A DNA stretch of 63,819 nt, counting the filler, from Lama guanicoe (taxonomy: Eukaryota), in the NCBI GenBank assembly GCA_013239625.1. It is 192 parts of 192 records of this genome, joined end to end, with 100 filler letters (N's around TTAATTAATTAA, not from the genome) between each part and the next. Parts side by side here need not be neighbours in the genome. Positions count along the whole stretch, not along the records: positions 48,270 to 48,502 come from PNXV01044555.1; positions 48,603 to 48,835 come from PNXV01044556.1; positions 48,936 to 49,168 come from PNXV01044557.1; positions 49,269 to 49,501 come from PNXV01044558.1; positions 49,602 to 49,834 come from PNXV01044559.1; positions 49,935 to 50,167 come from PNXV01044560.1; positions 50,268 to 50,500 come from PNXV01044561.1; positions 50,601 to 50,833 come from PNXV01044562.1; 184 more parts are not named here. One strand, given 5' to 3'. Under the pieces are notes generated by a model. It saw only the letters and a list, made by a program, of their open reading frames with translations. It searched no databases and was not told the origin of the DNA. A program made the position numbers and the translations under genes. Positions 48,320-58,824 of this stretch are shown here, piece by piece. The stretch's first letter is position 1. Each line of letters opens with the position of its first letter.

Positions 48320-48502
48320 GTTGGAAATAGTAAGCACTTACCTATTAATAATTACTCTAAATGTAAAAAGATTGAAGTTTTCAATGAAAAGACATAGAGT
48401 GGCTGGCTGGATTTAAAAAACAAAAAATGAAGACTCAGCTACACGTTCCCTACAAGAGACTCACTTCAGCTTTAAGGACACATATAGGCTCAAAGTGAAG
48501 GG
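48320..48502 (+). mobile_element. LINE-1 ORF2 endonuclease N-terminus fragment
   Basis: ataattactctaaatgtaaa...aaagacatagagtggctggctggat...ctacaagagactcacttcag...aggctcaaagtgaaggg. Confidence 0.9.
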
Positions 48503-48602
48503 NNNNNNNNNNNNNNNNNNNNNNNNNNNNNNNNNNNNNNNNNNNNTTAATTAATTAANNNNNNNNNNNNNNNNNNNNNNNNNNNNNNNNNNNNNNNNNN
48601 NN

Positions 48603-48835
48603 TTGTTAAAAAATAATTAACCAGATATGCATAAATTTATTTCTGGACACTCTGTTCTGCTCCATTGATCATTGTGTCTGTTTTGTGCTAGTACCCTCCT
48701 GTTTTAATTACTATAGCTTTGTTATATAATTGGAAATCAGAAACTGTGATGACTCAGGCTTTATTCTTCTTCCTCAGGATTATTTGGCAACATTTTGGTG
48801 CTGTACAAAACTTAGAATTGTTTTTCTATTTCTGT
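48603..48835 (-). mobile_element. LINE-1 ORF2 fragment
   Basis: tttatttctggacactctgttctgctccattgatc...ctgttttaattactatagctttgt...tttattcttcttcctcagga. Confidence 0.88.
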
Positions 48836-50600
48836 NNNNNNNNNNNNNNNNNNNNNNNNNNNNNNNNNNNNNNNNNNNNTTAATTAATTAANNNNNNNNN
48901 NNNNNNNNNNNNNNNNNNNNNNNNNNNNNNNNNNNGCTACAATTTATAACAGAACACAAAAACACAGATGAAAGAAGAAATTAAAAAAACAAAGAATTCA
49001 GGGTGCTTATGAAAGTTAGGTGGTAGAAAAGATAAACAAGGAGAAAAGGACATTACATAAACTTATATTTAGAATTTATCCATCCACTGTATCCATCTTC
49101 TGTGGGTCACACCAACACACACAACAGCGTAGCAGAAGTCTGTGGTAGAGAGACCATAAATACACACANNNNNNNNNNNNNNNNNNNNNNNNNNNNNNNN
49201 NNNNNNNNNNNNTTAATTAATTAANNNNNNNNNNNNNNNNNNNNNNNNNNNNNNNNNNNNNNNNNNNNGCCTTGTCTCCTCGCAGCCCTTGTCTGGGATG
49301 AGGAGTTAGGGAGCCTTCCCTTTAGTGAAGGAGGACTTGGAGGTGGGAGGCTGAGCTGGTGGGTGGAGAACAGAGCCACATCCCAGCCCCTCAGCAGCAT
49401 GGAGAGGTGGGTGCAGTTCAGCGAGACGGGGCTCCCGGGGGCTGGTGCAGTCGCCCATTTGGGAGCATAGAAGTCATATTACAGGAATTGTGTGAGGAAG
49501 ANNNNNNNNNNNNNNNNNNNNNNNNNNNNNNNNNNNNNNNNNNNNTTAATTAATTAANNNNNNNNNNNNNNNNNNNNNNNNNNNNNNNNNNNNNNNNNNN
49601 NTGCCCACCTTCAGCATAAGGGGGCATTACTTCTTCTAAATGAATGCCAGAAAGAAACCAGTCAGAGCCAAACATCCACAACTGCATGGCAGCAACAGGA
49701 CCTAAGTAGACATGACTCAATGCCCATTGTAATATAATTAGCATTGTGGTTTAGGTCCCTGTCATGGGTTTTTCTTTGTGCACTGTAAGTAAGGCCATGG
49801 GGAAAGGGGGCAAATATGACTAAGCACTCCAGGGNNNNNNNNNNNNNNNNNNNNNNNNNNNNNNNNNNNNNNNNNNNNTTAATTAATTAANNNNNNNNNN
49901 NNNNNNNNNNNNNNNNNNNNNNNNNNNNNNNNNNTTACTTGCTCAGCATGAGCTGCTTTGTAAAGGTGGTGTGCAGGACATCCGCCTCTGAGCAGGTGCT
50001 CTGTCCCATACTGGACTTCTCGGCTCAGAATATTTGGCCACAGTGTCCAGGAAAACCACATTTTAAAGCCAGCCTCCCTGGTGACTGTTATACAGCCTTT
50101 TATTTGAGGATAATGGCAATAAGGGGAACACGGACATTCCTCCCATGCTCTCAGGAATCTTTATGGANNNNNNNNNNNNNNNNNNNNNNNNNNNNNNNNN
50201 NNNNNNNNNNNTTAATTAATTAANNNNNNNNNNNNNNNNNNNNNNNNNNNNNNNNNNNNNNNNNNNNAGAAAATCAGAGGAGAGACGGGGCAGCCTAGGG
50301 AGAAAAGTGTCTTCCAGGGGCCACAGTCCTCAGGCCCAGGACTCCTCCACCATCAGCAGCGGCCTGGCTCACAGGTGTGCCCAGAGGGATGGACAGCACA
50401 AGCTGGGGCCTCAGCTCCTGCACCAGCCCCTGGGCCAGGACCCAGTCTGCCGCACAGCCACCCATGCTGCCGCAGGCACATGTCAGCCAGAGAGTTTTGG
50501 NNNNNNNNNNNNNNNNNNNNNNNNNNNNNNNNNNNNNNNNNNNNTTAATTAATTAANNNNNNNNNNNNNNNNNNNNNNNNNNNNNNNNNNNNNNNNNNNN

Positions 50601-50833
50601 CCTAATTTTTATAAAGACTAGTTTATTATCTTTTTCCTCCAGGGTTCATGCTTTTTATGTTCTAAGAACTGTATGTTTACGTAAGTTAAGGTCTAAAGAT
50701 ACCTCCCCTGTGTTTTCTTCAAGAACTTCCATGGTTTTATGCCTAAACTTTAGGTCCATGTTTAATTTTCAATATTAATTTCTATATATGGTACGAAGTA
50801 ATGGTCAAAATTCACTTTTTCTGGATGTCCAAC
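50601..50833 (-). mobile_element. Old LINE-1 ORF2 fragment
   Basis: cctgtgttttcttcaagaacttccatggtttta...tttaggtccatg...ttaatttctatatatggt. Confidence 0.65.
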
Positions 50834-51932
50834 NNNNNNNNNNNNNNNNNNNNNNNNNNNNNNNNNNNNNNNNNNNNTTAATTAATTAANNNNNNNNNNN
50901 NNNNNNNNNNNNNNNNNNNNNNNNNNNNNNNNNTTTTTTTTAAATAAATAGTCATATCTTACATTGTCCTGCTAGAATCAACTCTATCTCATTCCTATTT
51001 TGTATTCTCCTGGAGAAAAAGAAAAGAAAAAAAAATGTGCCACCTTCATGTATATAAAGAGCTTCTTTAAAATTATATCATCAAGTCGGCCTTGGTTTTT
51101 TATTTTTAAGATTAGAGCTCAAATTGCTAATATTAATTATGGCAAAATGTGTATAATCTCCTGAATNNNNNNNNNNNNNNNNNNNNNNNNNNNNNNNNNN
51201 NNNNNNNNNNTTAATTAATTAANNNNNNNNNNNNNNNNNNNNNNNNNNNNNNNNNNNNNNNNNNNNAGTTAATGAAACAATCAAACATGAAATAAAATTT
51301 GAACATTCAACTCCAGTAATTTTTGGTAGAAACTGCAAAGCTTAACATGAATCACTGTGCATGTGAATCTGAAACAATAGAGGAAACTAAGTGGGGGGAA
51401 TCTCTACGATTTCCAGGGTGAATTTCTAGATTTGCCCACGGCACATTGTGGATCAGAGTCTTTAATGGCACCCGAAATACCAATTTTTGAATATATTACN
51501 NNNNNNNNNNNNNNNNNNNNNNNNNNNNNNNNNNNNNNNNNNNTTAATTAATTAANNNNNNNNNNNNNNNNNNNNNNNNNNNNNNNNNNNNNNNNNNNNG
51601 GGAGGAGGCGGAGGAAAGCAGGCACTGTGCATGCCTAGATCTCATCATTCTGGACTCAAAAGTTCGTCTGCCAAGTGTGGGATTTCCTCCGAGTAGAGCA
51701 GTTGTCTGCATGTTCTCCTGGTACTCGGGCCTGTGCGTGTGAAAACAGGAAAGCAGGAGGGGTCCCGGAGATTTCCATTAAACAGTACTGTGAACAGCTT
51801 GCCGATGCATTCAGTCAGGGGGAAGTCAAACTNNNNNNNNNNNNNNNNNNNNNNNNNNNNNNNNNNNNNNNNNNNNTTAATTAATTAANNNNNNNNNNNN
51901 NNNNNNNNNNNNNNNNNNNNNNNNNNNNNNNN

Positions 51933-52165
51933 TCTTTCACTTTCAGTACACTATTAAATAAATTGTATTAGATATTTGGCACTCTGCTACAAAATAGGCT
52001 TTGTGTTGGATGATTTTGTCCAACTGTAGGTTAGTGTGTGTGTTCTGAGCACGGGTAGACTAGGCTAAGTTATGACATTTGGGAGGTAGGTTAGGTGTAT
52101 CAAATGCATTTTCAGCTAATGATATTTTCAACTTAATTATGAGTTTATTGGGACATAATCCTATC
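51933..52165 (-). mobile_element. MER47/Tigger5-like (TcMar-Tigger) fragment
   Basis: ttcactttcagtac...aaaataggctttgtgttggatgattttgtccaactgtagg...gttctgagcacg...ggttaggtgtatcaaatgcattttc. Confidence 0.8.
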
Positions 52166-53264
52166 NNNNNNNNNNNNNNNNNNNNNNNNNNNNNNNNNNN
52201 NNNNNNNNNTTAATTAATTAANNNNNNNNNNNNNNNNNNNNNNNNNNNNNNNNNNNNNNNNNNNNGCGAGCTTCCCAGAGTTACAGCACAGATCAGCTCC
52301 AAGACGGAGTCCCAGCTGGGACAGAGGAGTCTCCAAGTGCACCCAAACTCCCTCCTGAGAGTTACTGATTCCATGAAGGGGACATGGGCCGTGGAGTCAG
52401 ACAGATCTGGACGAGGTGCTGGTTCCTCTGCTGACCGGCTCAGTCATCGCGATAAATTTACCTCTTAGTTTGGTTACCTTACCTAAAAACTGTGATGANN
52501 NNNNNNNNNNNNNNNNNNNNNNNNNNNNNNNNNNNNNNNNNNTTAATTAATTAANNNNNNNNNNNNNNNNNNNNNNNNNNNNNNNNNNNNNNNNNNNNCA
52601 TAGTACCTATGTCTGAAAGGCAGAGATATGTGTCAGAATGATCCTCAGGTCTGTGTTCACATTTTACATCCCTGTCATGGCCCTGCTTGTGACACTTGTA
52701 TGAACATAGCTACTGCTATAACTTTTCTTGCCATAGGAGCTCAAAGTCAGTTACTCAGATTGAGAGGATGAAGAAACGCCATGTGCTCCCGGCCATTCTG
52801 TTTATCAGTCTTCCATCCTTCCTCCAAGAGANNNNNNNNNNNNNNNNNNNNNNNNNNNNNNNNNNNNNNNNNNNNTTAATTAATTAANNNNNNNNNNNNN
52901 NNNNNNNNNNNNNNNNNNNNNNNNNNNNNNNCAAATTGCCTGTTTGAAATATTTCTGCTGGCCTGAGAGACTCTGGAAAATGGACAAGGCACAGGAATAA
53001 ATTCTAGACTCTGTTCTTAGTAATGGGTATAGAGGACTTGATTCGAAAGCACGTGCATTGGGTTCACTGTAAGTCAAGGACATGCGGGACAGGCTGAACA
53101 TGTTAAGTTGCCACTTCTGGTTCATTTGCTGAAGTTATTGGTAAACTTTATGAAAATTAACTATNNNNNNNNNNNNNNNNNNNNNNNNNNNNNNNNNNNN
53201 NNNNNNNNTTAATTAATTAANNNNNNNNNNNNNNNNNNNNNNNNNNNNNNNNNNNNNNNNNNNN

Positions 53265-53497
53265 TGGGGGACGCGGGCTGCAGCCCCGCTTGGAGGCCAG
53301 CCCCAGCCCCAGCTGCCCGCCTTCCTCAGGGTCGACAGACCCCGCCAGACCTGGACACAGCCCGCCCAGTGGCGGGGATGGGTCGGCGGCCGAGGAGAGG
53401 AGGCCTGGAAGGAGAGGACTCATGCGCGGGAGAGGGGAAGGGGACACCAGCTGCGGACTGAGGGGAGCCCGGCTGGGGCGAGAGGTGGCAGGTGCAC
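53265..53497. promoter_or_regulatory. CpG-island-like fragment
   Basis: High GC with frequent CpG (acgcggg, ggtcggcggccg, gcgcggg). Confidence 0.4.
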
Positions 53498-53597
53498 NNN
53501 NNNNNNNNNNNNNNNNNNNNNNNNNNNNNNNNNNNNNNNNNTTAATTAATTAANNNNNNNNNNNNNNNNNNNNNNNNNNNNNNNNNNNNNNNNNNNN

Positions 53598-53830
53598 AAT
53601 GGGAGAAAATATTTGCAAAAGATGAGACTGACAGGGGCTTAATTTCTCAAATATATAAACAGTTCATACAACTCAATAAGGAAAAATAAGCAACCCAACT
53701 CAAAAAAGGGCAGAAGACCTAAACAAACAATTCTCCAATAAAAACATACAAATAGCCAACAGACACATGAAACAATGCCCAATATCACTAATTACCAGAG
53801 AAATGCAAATCAATACTACAATGAGGTATC
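53598..53830 (+). mobile_element. LINE-1 ORF2 fragment
   Basis: aatgggagaaaatatttgcaaa...gggcagaagacctaaac...agagaaatgcaaatcaatactacaatgaggtatc. Confidence 0.92.
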
Positions 53831-55289
53831 NNNNNNNNNNNNNNNNNNNNNNNNNNNNNNNNNNNNNNNNNNNNTTAATTAATTAANNNNNNNNNNNNNN
53901 NNNNNNNNNNNNNNNNNNNNNNNNNNNNNNGGGCTGGCTTCATTCTCCTGTAGCACAGATCATACTCTTAGCCTACTTGTCTGTCCTGCCACACCCGGCA
54001 GGCAGGATGGGTGGCCTGCCAGAGCTTTCCCAGAAAGCAGTCTTGGCCTGGTTAGAAACCATCCTATCAGCCCTGCCCAGCCTCACGCCCGTAAGGAGGC
54101 TCCCATTATTCCTTGACCCCTACTGCCTTCTTTCTCCAGCTGAAGTTAATAATTTTAAAGTAANNNNNNNNNNNNNNNNNNNNNNNNNNNNNNNNNNNNN
54201 NNNNNNNTTAATTAATTAANNNNNNNNNNNNNNNNNNNNNNNNNNNNNNNNNNNNNNNNNNNNAACAGAATTCACATGCCTGGACCTCAGGAAAGAGGAA
54301 GGGGTCTCTTCCTGCTCTCTTGCTCTTCCACTGGCAACGGACAGCCTCTGCTTCCTACTAAGTCTAATGCCCACAATACTCATAGGGCCTACCTTGGCCC
54401 TCTTGCTCTGCGCTTCATCTTTTCACAACCATTCAGTGAAGGCCCATGGAAAAGAGCTCACAGGCGAGTACAGACTTCTTTTGTAATTGGGGTTTCNNNN
54501 NNNNNNNNNNNNNNNNNNNNNNNNNNNNNNNNNNNNNNNNTTAATTAATTAANNNNNNNNNNNNNNNNNNNNNNNNNNNNNNNNNNNNNNNNNNNNTCAC
54601 TGTAAAACCGAGTTGGAGCTTGTAACTCCCCAAATATATGTATGGTTGGAGTTTGCAACTGAAGAGAAACTTTGTTTTCCAAAGAAACTATGTGAAGGAC
54701 GGCTTTCACACAAGCTTAACTCTCTCAACTTAGCATGTAGAGAGACGTTCGTTCATGTAGCACAAATGGAACAGGTTGAAGGAGAAACAATTACTCTGGG
54801 TTCTCAGTCTGTTTCCTAGTGCCGGTTTNNNNNNNNNNNNNNNNNNNNNNNNNNNNNNNNNNNNNNNNNNNNTTAATTAATTAANNNNNNNNNNNNNNNN
54901 NNNNNNNNNNNNNNNNNNNNNNNNNNNNCTTTTCTGGTCATGTGTCTTCACTTGTCCTTTATCTTAGGATCTGAGGAACAGGAGCAAGGAACTCAGGAAG
55001 AGATCCAGGAAGACAACTGAGTGTGTTAAGAGACGACAGTTACAGTGACACAGGGAGTGAGGACACTTGCAGCAAAGTAAAATAACTTCACAACTGTTGC
55101 ATCAGAGATGAGGGTGTGAGAGAGCCTAAGCCTGTCTCAGAGTGCAGGGGACAAGTGGAAANNNNNNNNNNNNNNNNNNNNNNNNNNNNNNNNNNNNNNN
55201 NNNNNTTAATTAATTAANNNNNNNNNNNNNNNNNNNNNNNNNNNNNNNNNNNNNNNNNNNNAATTTTTCATATGCTCTGCAGCTGGATA

Positions 55290-55494
55290 ACTAGCACCCA
55301 GATCAAGATATGGGGCATTTTCTGTACCACGGAAGGCTTCCTTATTTTCTTTCAAAAACTGTACTTGCCCACTCACTCAAGGGTAATCATTATTTTGACT
55401 TCTATTATTATATATTAGTTTTGTCTATTTTAAACTTCATACAAGTAGAATCATGCAGTATATTCTGCTCTGTCTGACTTCTTTTACTCAACAT
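55290..55494 (-). mobile_element. Old LINE-1 (L1MC/ME-like) 3' region
   Basis: cagatcaagatat...ttgacttctatt...ttagttttgtctattttaaacttcatacaagtagaatcatgcagtat...cttcttttactcaacat. Confidence 0.75.
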
Positions 55495-55594
55495 NNNNNN
55501 NNNNNNNNNNNNNNNNNNNNNNNNNNNNNNNNNNNNNNTTAATTAATTAANNNNNNNNNNNNNNNNNNNNNNNNNNNNNNNNNNNNNNNNNNNN

Positions 55595-55827
55595 AAATAA
55601 AAGCAAAAATAAGCAAACAGGATCTAATTAAACTTATAAGCTTCTGCATTAAACAAAATAAAAAGACAGCCTGTGGAATGGGAGAAAATATTTACAAAGG
55701 ATGCTTAGTTTCCAGAATATACAGACAGCTTATACAACTCATAAGTAACAATAACAACAAAACCCCCAAAACCAAAACAATAATCTAATCAAAAATAGGC
55801 AGGAGACCTAAACAAACATTTCTCCAA
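55595..55827 (+). mobile_element. LINE-1 ORF2 fragment
   Basis: aaataaaagcaaaaataagcaaacaggatctaattaaacttataagcttctgca...gaatgggagaaaatattt. Confidence 0.9.
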
Positions 55828-55927
55828 NNNNNNNNNNNNNNNNNNNNNNNNNNNNNNNNNNNNNNNNNNNNTTAATTAATTAANNNNNNNNNNNNNNNNN
55901 NNNNNNNNNNNNNNNNNNNNNNNNNNN

Positions 55928-56014
55928 TTTTTTTTTTAATGGAGGTACAGGGGATTGAACCCAGGACCTCTTGCTTGCTAGGCATGCACTCTACCACTAA
56001 GCTATTACCCTCCC
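55928..56014 (-). mobile_element. Camelid Vic-1-like tRNA-derived SINE
   Basis: Reverse complement GGGAGGGTAATAGCTTAGTGGTAGAGTGCATGCCTAGCAAGCAAGAGGTCCTGGGTTCAATCCCCTGTACCTCCATTAAAAAAAAAA. Confidence 0.88.
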
Positions 56015-56019
56015 AGGTG

Positions 56020-56160
56020 AAGAGTTTTTTTACTTTGGAGTAGTGAAAATGTTTTGAAGCAAGATAGAGTTGGTAGTTGCAAAAACATTGTGATTAACTA
56101 AGTGCCACTGAAGTGTTTACTCTAAAATGGTTCATTTTATGTAATGTGGATTTTGCCATT
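56020..56160 (+). mobile_element. Old LINE-1 (L1MB-like) 3' end
   Basis: gtgaaaatgttttgaa...gatagagttggtagttgc...gtgccactgaa...taaaatggttcattttatgtaatgtg. Confidence 0.75.
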
Positions 56161-58049
56161 NNNNNNNNNNNNNNNNNNNNNNNNNNNNNNNNNNNNNNNN
56201 NNNNTTAATTAATTAANNNNNNNNNNNNNNNNNNNNNNNNNNNNNNNNNNNNNNNNNNNNTATGGATTCCGCGACCCCTCGCACTTTCCGCTCGAGCCCC
56301 ATTGTCAGGCTCTCTGGGGCCGAGCCAGGCGCCAGGCGCCAGGCAGCCTCATTCTGTCTCTGGAGGTTCCAGCTGTCACATACAAAAGATGAATGTCTGT
56401 CGGGCGGCTCTGGTTTTCTCTCCCCACAAAGTTTAATTTCCCCGATGTGAGTGGTTCTATTGCTTTGAGGTTTCCAGGGTTTGCATTCTTCCTNNNNNNN
56501 NNNNNNNNNNNNNNNNNNNNNNNNNNNNNNNNNNNNNTTAATTAATTAANNNNNNNNNNNNNNNNNNNNNNNNNNNNNNNNNNNNNNNNNNNNCAAAAAT
56601 GTGGCATCAGTGATAATGGGCTTTGTACCTTCCTCCTTCCTATCGTGGCTTAATGAGGTGTGCTGATGGGATGAAATTTATTTGCCAATCCACCTTCTCT
56701 CTCAAAAGCGTTTCCCCTAGAAAGACAGAACAGAAGCTCTTCTAAAATAATAGCAAACATTATTGGCCCCATATTCAGACATTCAGATTCCAGATCTTTG
56801 AGTGTTAAATTGCAAAATCATTATTCNNNNNNNNNNNNNNNNNNNNNNNNNNNNNNNNNNNNNNNNNNNNTTAATTAATTAANNNNNNNNNNNNNNNNNN
56901 NNNNNNNNNNNNNNNNNNNNNNNNNNTTATTCAAAATCGAAACAATGTGGTTGCATTGCTAACAAATAGTTAATATTTGAAGCTTGGAACATACCAAAAC
57001 ACACACACACAGTTGGAAGAGGGGTGTAAATCTAAACAGCACAGTTTCCTGTCTTGTTTTTAATCTTCTATTTTAAACTCCAAGCACTGCAAAAGACCAA
57101 AACTGGCCTTCTTTAATATAAAACAGTCCTTTAGAAGTAGAAAATGTAATAAAGATAGGNNNNNNNNNNNNNNNNNNNNNNNNNNNNNNNNNNNNNNNNN
57201 NNNTTAATTAATTAANNNNNNNNNNNNNNNNNNNNNNNNNNNNNNNNNNNNNNNNNNNNATTTCATCAGGGATTAGCCAGAGTTGATTTACTCCAACAAC
57301 ATCATCTTACTAATGCACTTACTAATTCACAAAATGTAACAACTGATTTTTTTTTTTAAAACTTCACTTTTTAAAAATGAAAAAGAGGAAATGAGGGGAA
57401 AAGCTGGTGCAAGGAAGACACCAGATTTCAGAATTTTGACAACTTGAGGAAGAAAGTTTAATCTTGGAAACACAAATCATATTTTATTGTATNNNNNNNN
57501 NNNNNNNNNNNNNNNNNNNNNNNNNNNNNNNNNNNNTTAATTAATTAANNNNNNNNNNNNNNNNNNNNNNNNNNNNNNNNNNNNNNNNNNNNCACGCATA
57601 AGCTACCCTCATCCACCCCATCCCCTCCTTTATGAAACACTAACTGAGAGGATGCACCTCCTGCCTCTTTCATAAGAGTGTTATAAAGATTAATGACAAG
57701 GACATAAACGCTCCTCAGGGAGGCTGTGTATTCTGATTTCTTCTCAGCATGCCACTCTCTGGGATGTTTTCCAAAGAGACCTGTCAGCTTCCCTGAAACA
57801 AACCAGAGAGTGGGTAGTTGTACAANNNNNNNNNNNNNNNNNNNNNNNNNNNNNNNNNNNNNNNNNNNNTTAATTAATTAANNNNNNNNNNNNNNNNNNN
57901 NNNNNNNNNNNNNNNNNNNNNNNNNCCTGCGCGGAGAGAGCGGCTGACCTCATCCGACTGGAAAGCACGGCAGGCGCCCCAACTGCGTGGGAGCCGTGGG
58001 GCCTCCTTCTCTGTCGGCCGCTTACAAGTGTCACCTGTTTATTTTTCAG

Positions 58050-58102
58050 TGCAAGTGGTCGAGGAAAGGCTTCATCCGGACGAGGTGGTGCGTGGCGGAC
58101 TG
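58050..58102 (+). CDS. INPP5A: Isolated 53-bp internal coding exon of type I inositol-1,4,5-trisphosphate 5-phosphatase
   Basis: Acceptor CCTGTTTATTTTTCAG (AG 58048-58049) and donor GTACGT (58103). The exon translates CKWSRKGFIRTRWCVAD + TG, matching the remembered INPP5A segment ...DYFPE-CKWSRKGFIRTRWCIADC-AFDLVNIHLFHD. Confidence 0.88.
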
Positions 58103-58258
58103 GTACGTCCCCTGTGGTCCTTGCCTGTGCCCGGCTCCCGGGACGTTCCCCTTTCGGANNNNNNNNNNNNNNNNNNNNNNNNNNNNNNNNNNNNNNNNNN
58201 NNTTAATTAATTAANNNNNNNNNNNNNNNNNNNNNNNNNNNNNNNNNNNNNNNNNNNN

Positions 58259-58491
58259 TACAATGGAGGAAAAACAGTCTCTTCAGCAAATAATGCAGAG
58301 GAAACCGGACAGCTGCACGGAAATCAGTGAAGTCGGGATACTCCCTCACACCGTGCACAAAAACAAATTCAAACTCGCTTAAGGGCTTCAACATAAGACA
58401 AGACAGTACACGCCTCTTAGAAGAACACATAGGCAAAACACTGGACACACACGTCAGCAACGTTCTCCTAGGGCAGTCTACCCCAGCAAAC
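58259..58491 (+). mobile_element. LINE-1 ORF2 fragment, CpG-enriched
   Basis: tacaatggaggaaaaacagtctcttcagcaaa...ctccctcacaccgtgcacaaaaacaaattc...ctcttagaagaacacataggcaaaaca; its start is homologous to the end of the contig at 45273. Confidence 0.88.
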
Positions 58492-58591
58492 NNNNNNNNN
58501 NNNNNNNNNNNNNNNNNNNNNNNNNNNNNNNNNNNTTAATTAATTAANNNNNNNNNNNNNNNNNNNNNNNNNNNNNNNNNNNNNNNNNNNN

Positions 58592-58824
58592 GATCAGTAG
58601 GCTTTGAGTAAAGCAGATTGCTCTCCATAATGTGAGTGGGTTCCATCCAGTCAGTTGAAGATCTCTCTTAAGAGAAAAATATTAAGGTCCTGGAGATAGA
58701 AGGAATTTTGGCTCCAGACTGCCTTTGGACGCGAACTACAAGATGAGCTCGACTCTGAGTTTCCAGCCTGCCTGTCTGCTCTACAGAATTTGGACTTGCC
58801 AGTCCCCACGATCACATGAGCCAA
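58592..58824 (+). mobile_element. MLT2 (ERVL) LTR fragment
   Basis: tgagtaaagcagattgctctccataatgtgagtggg...tcagttgaag...tttccagcctg...agaatttggacttgccagtccccacgatcacatgagccaa. Confidence 0.88.

Noticed and set aside
54968..55020. Beta-casein-like SEEQ peptide
   Set aside because: Only a 4-residue match; flanking residues and exon structure do not fit casein.
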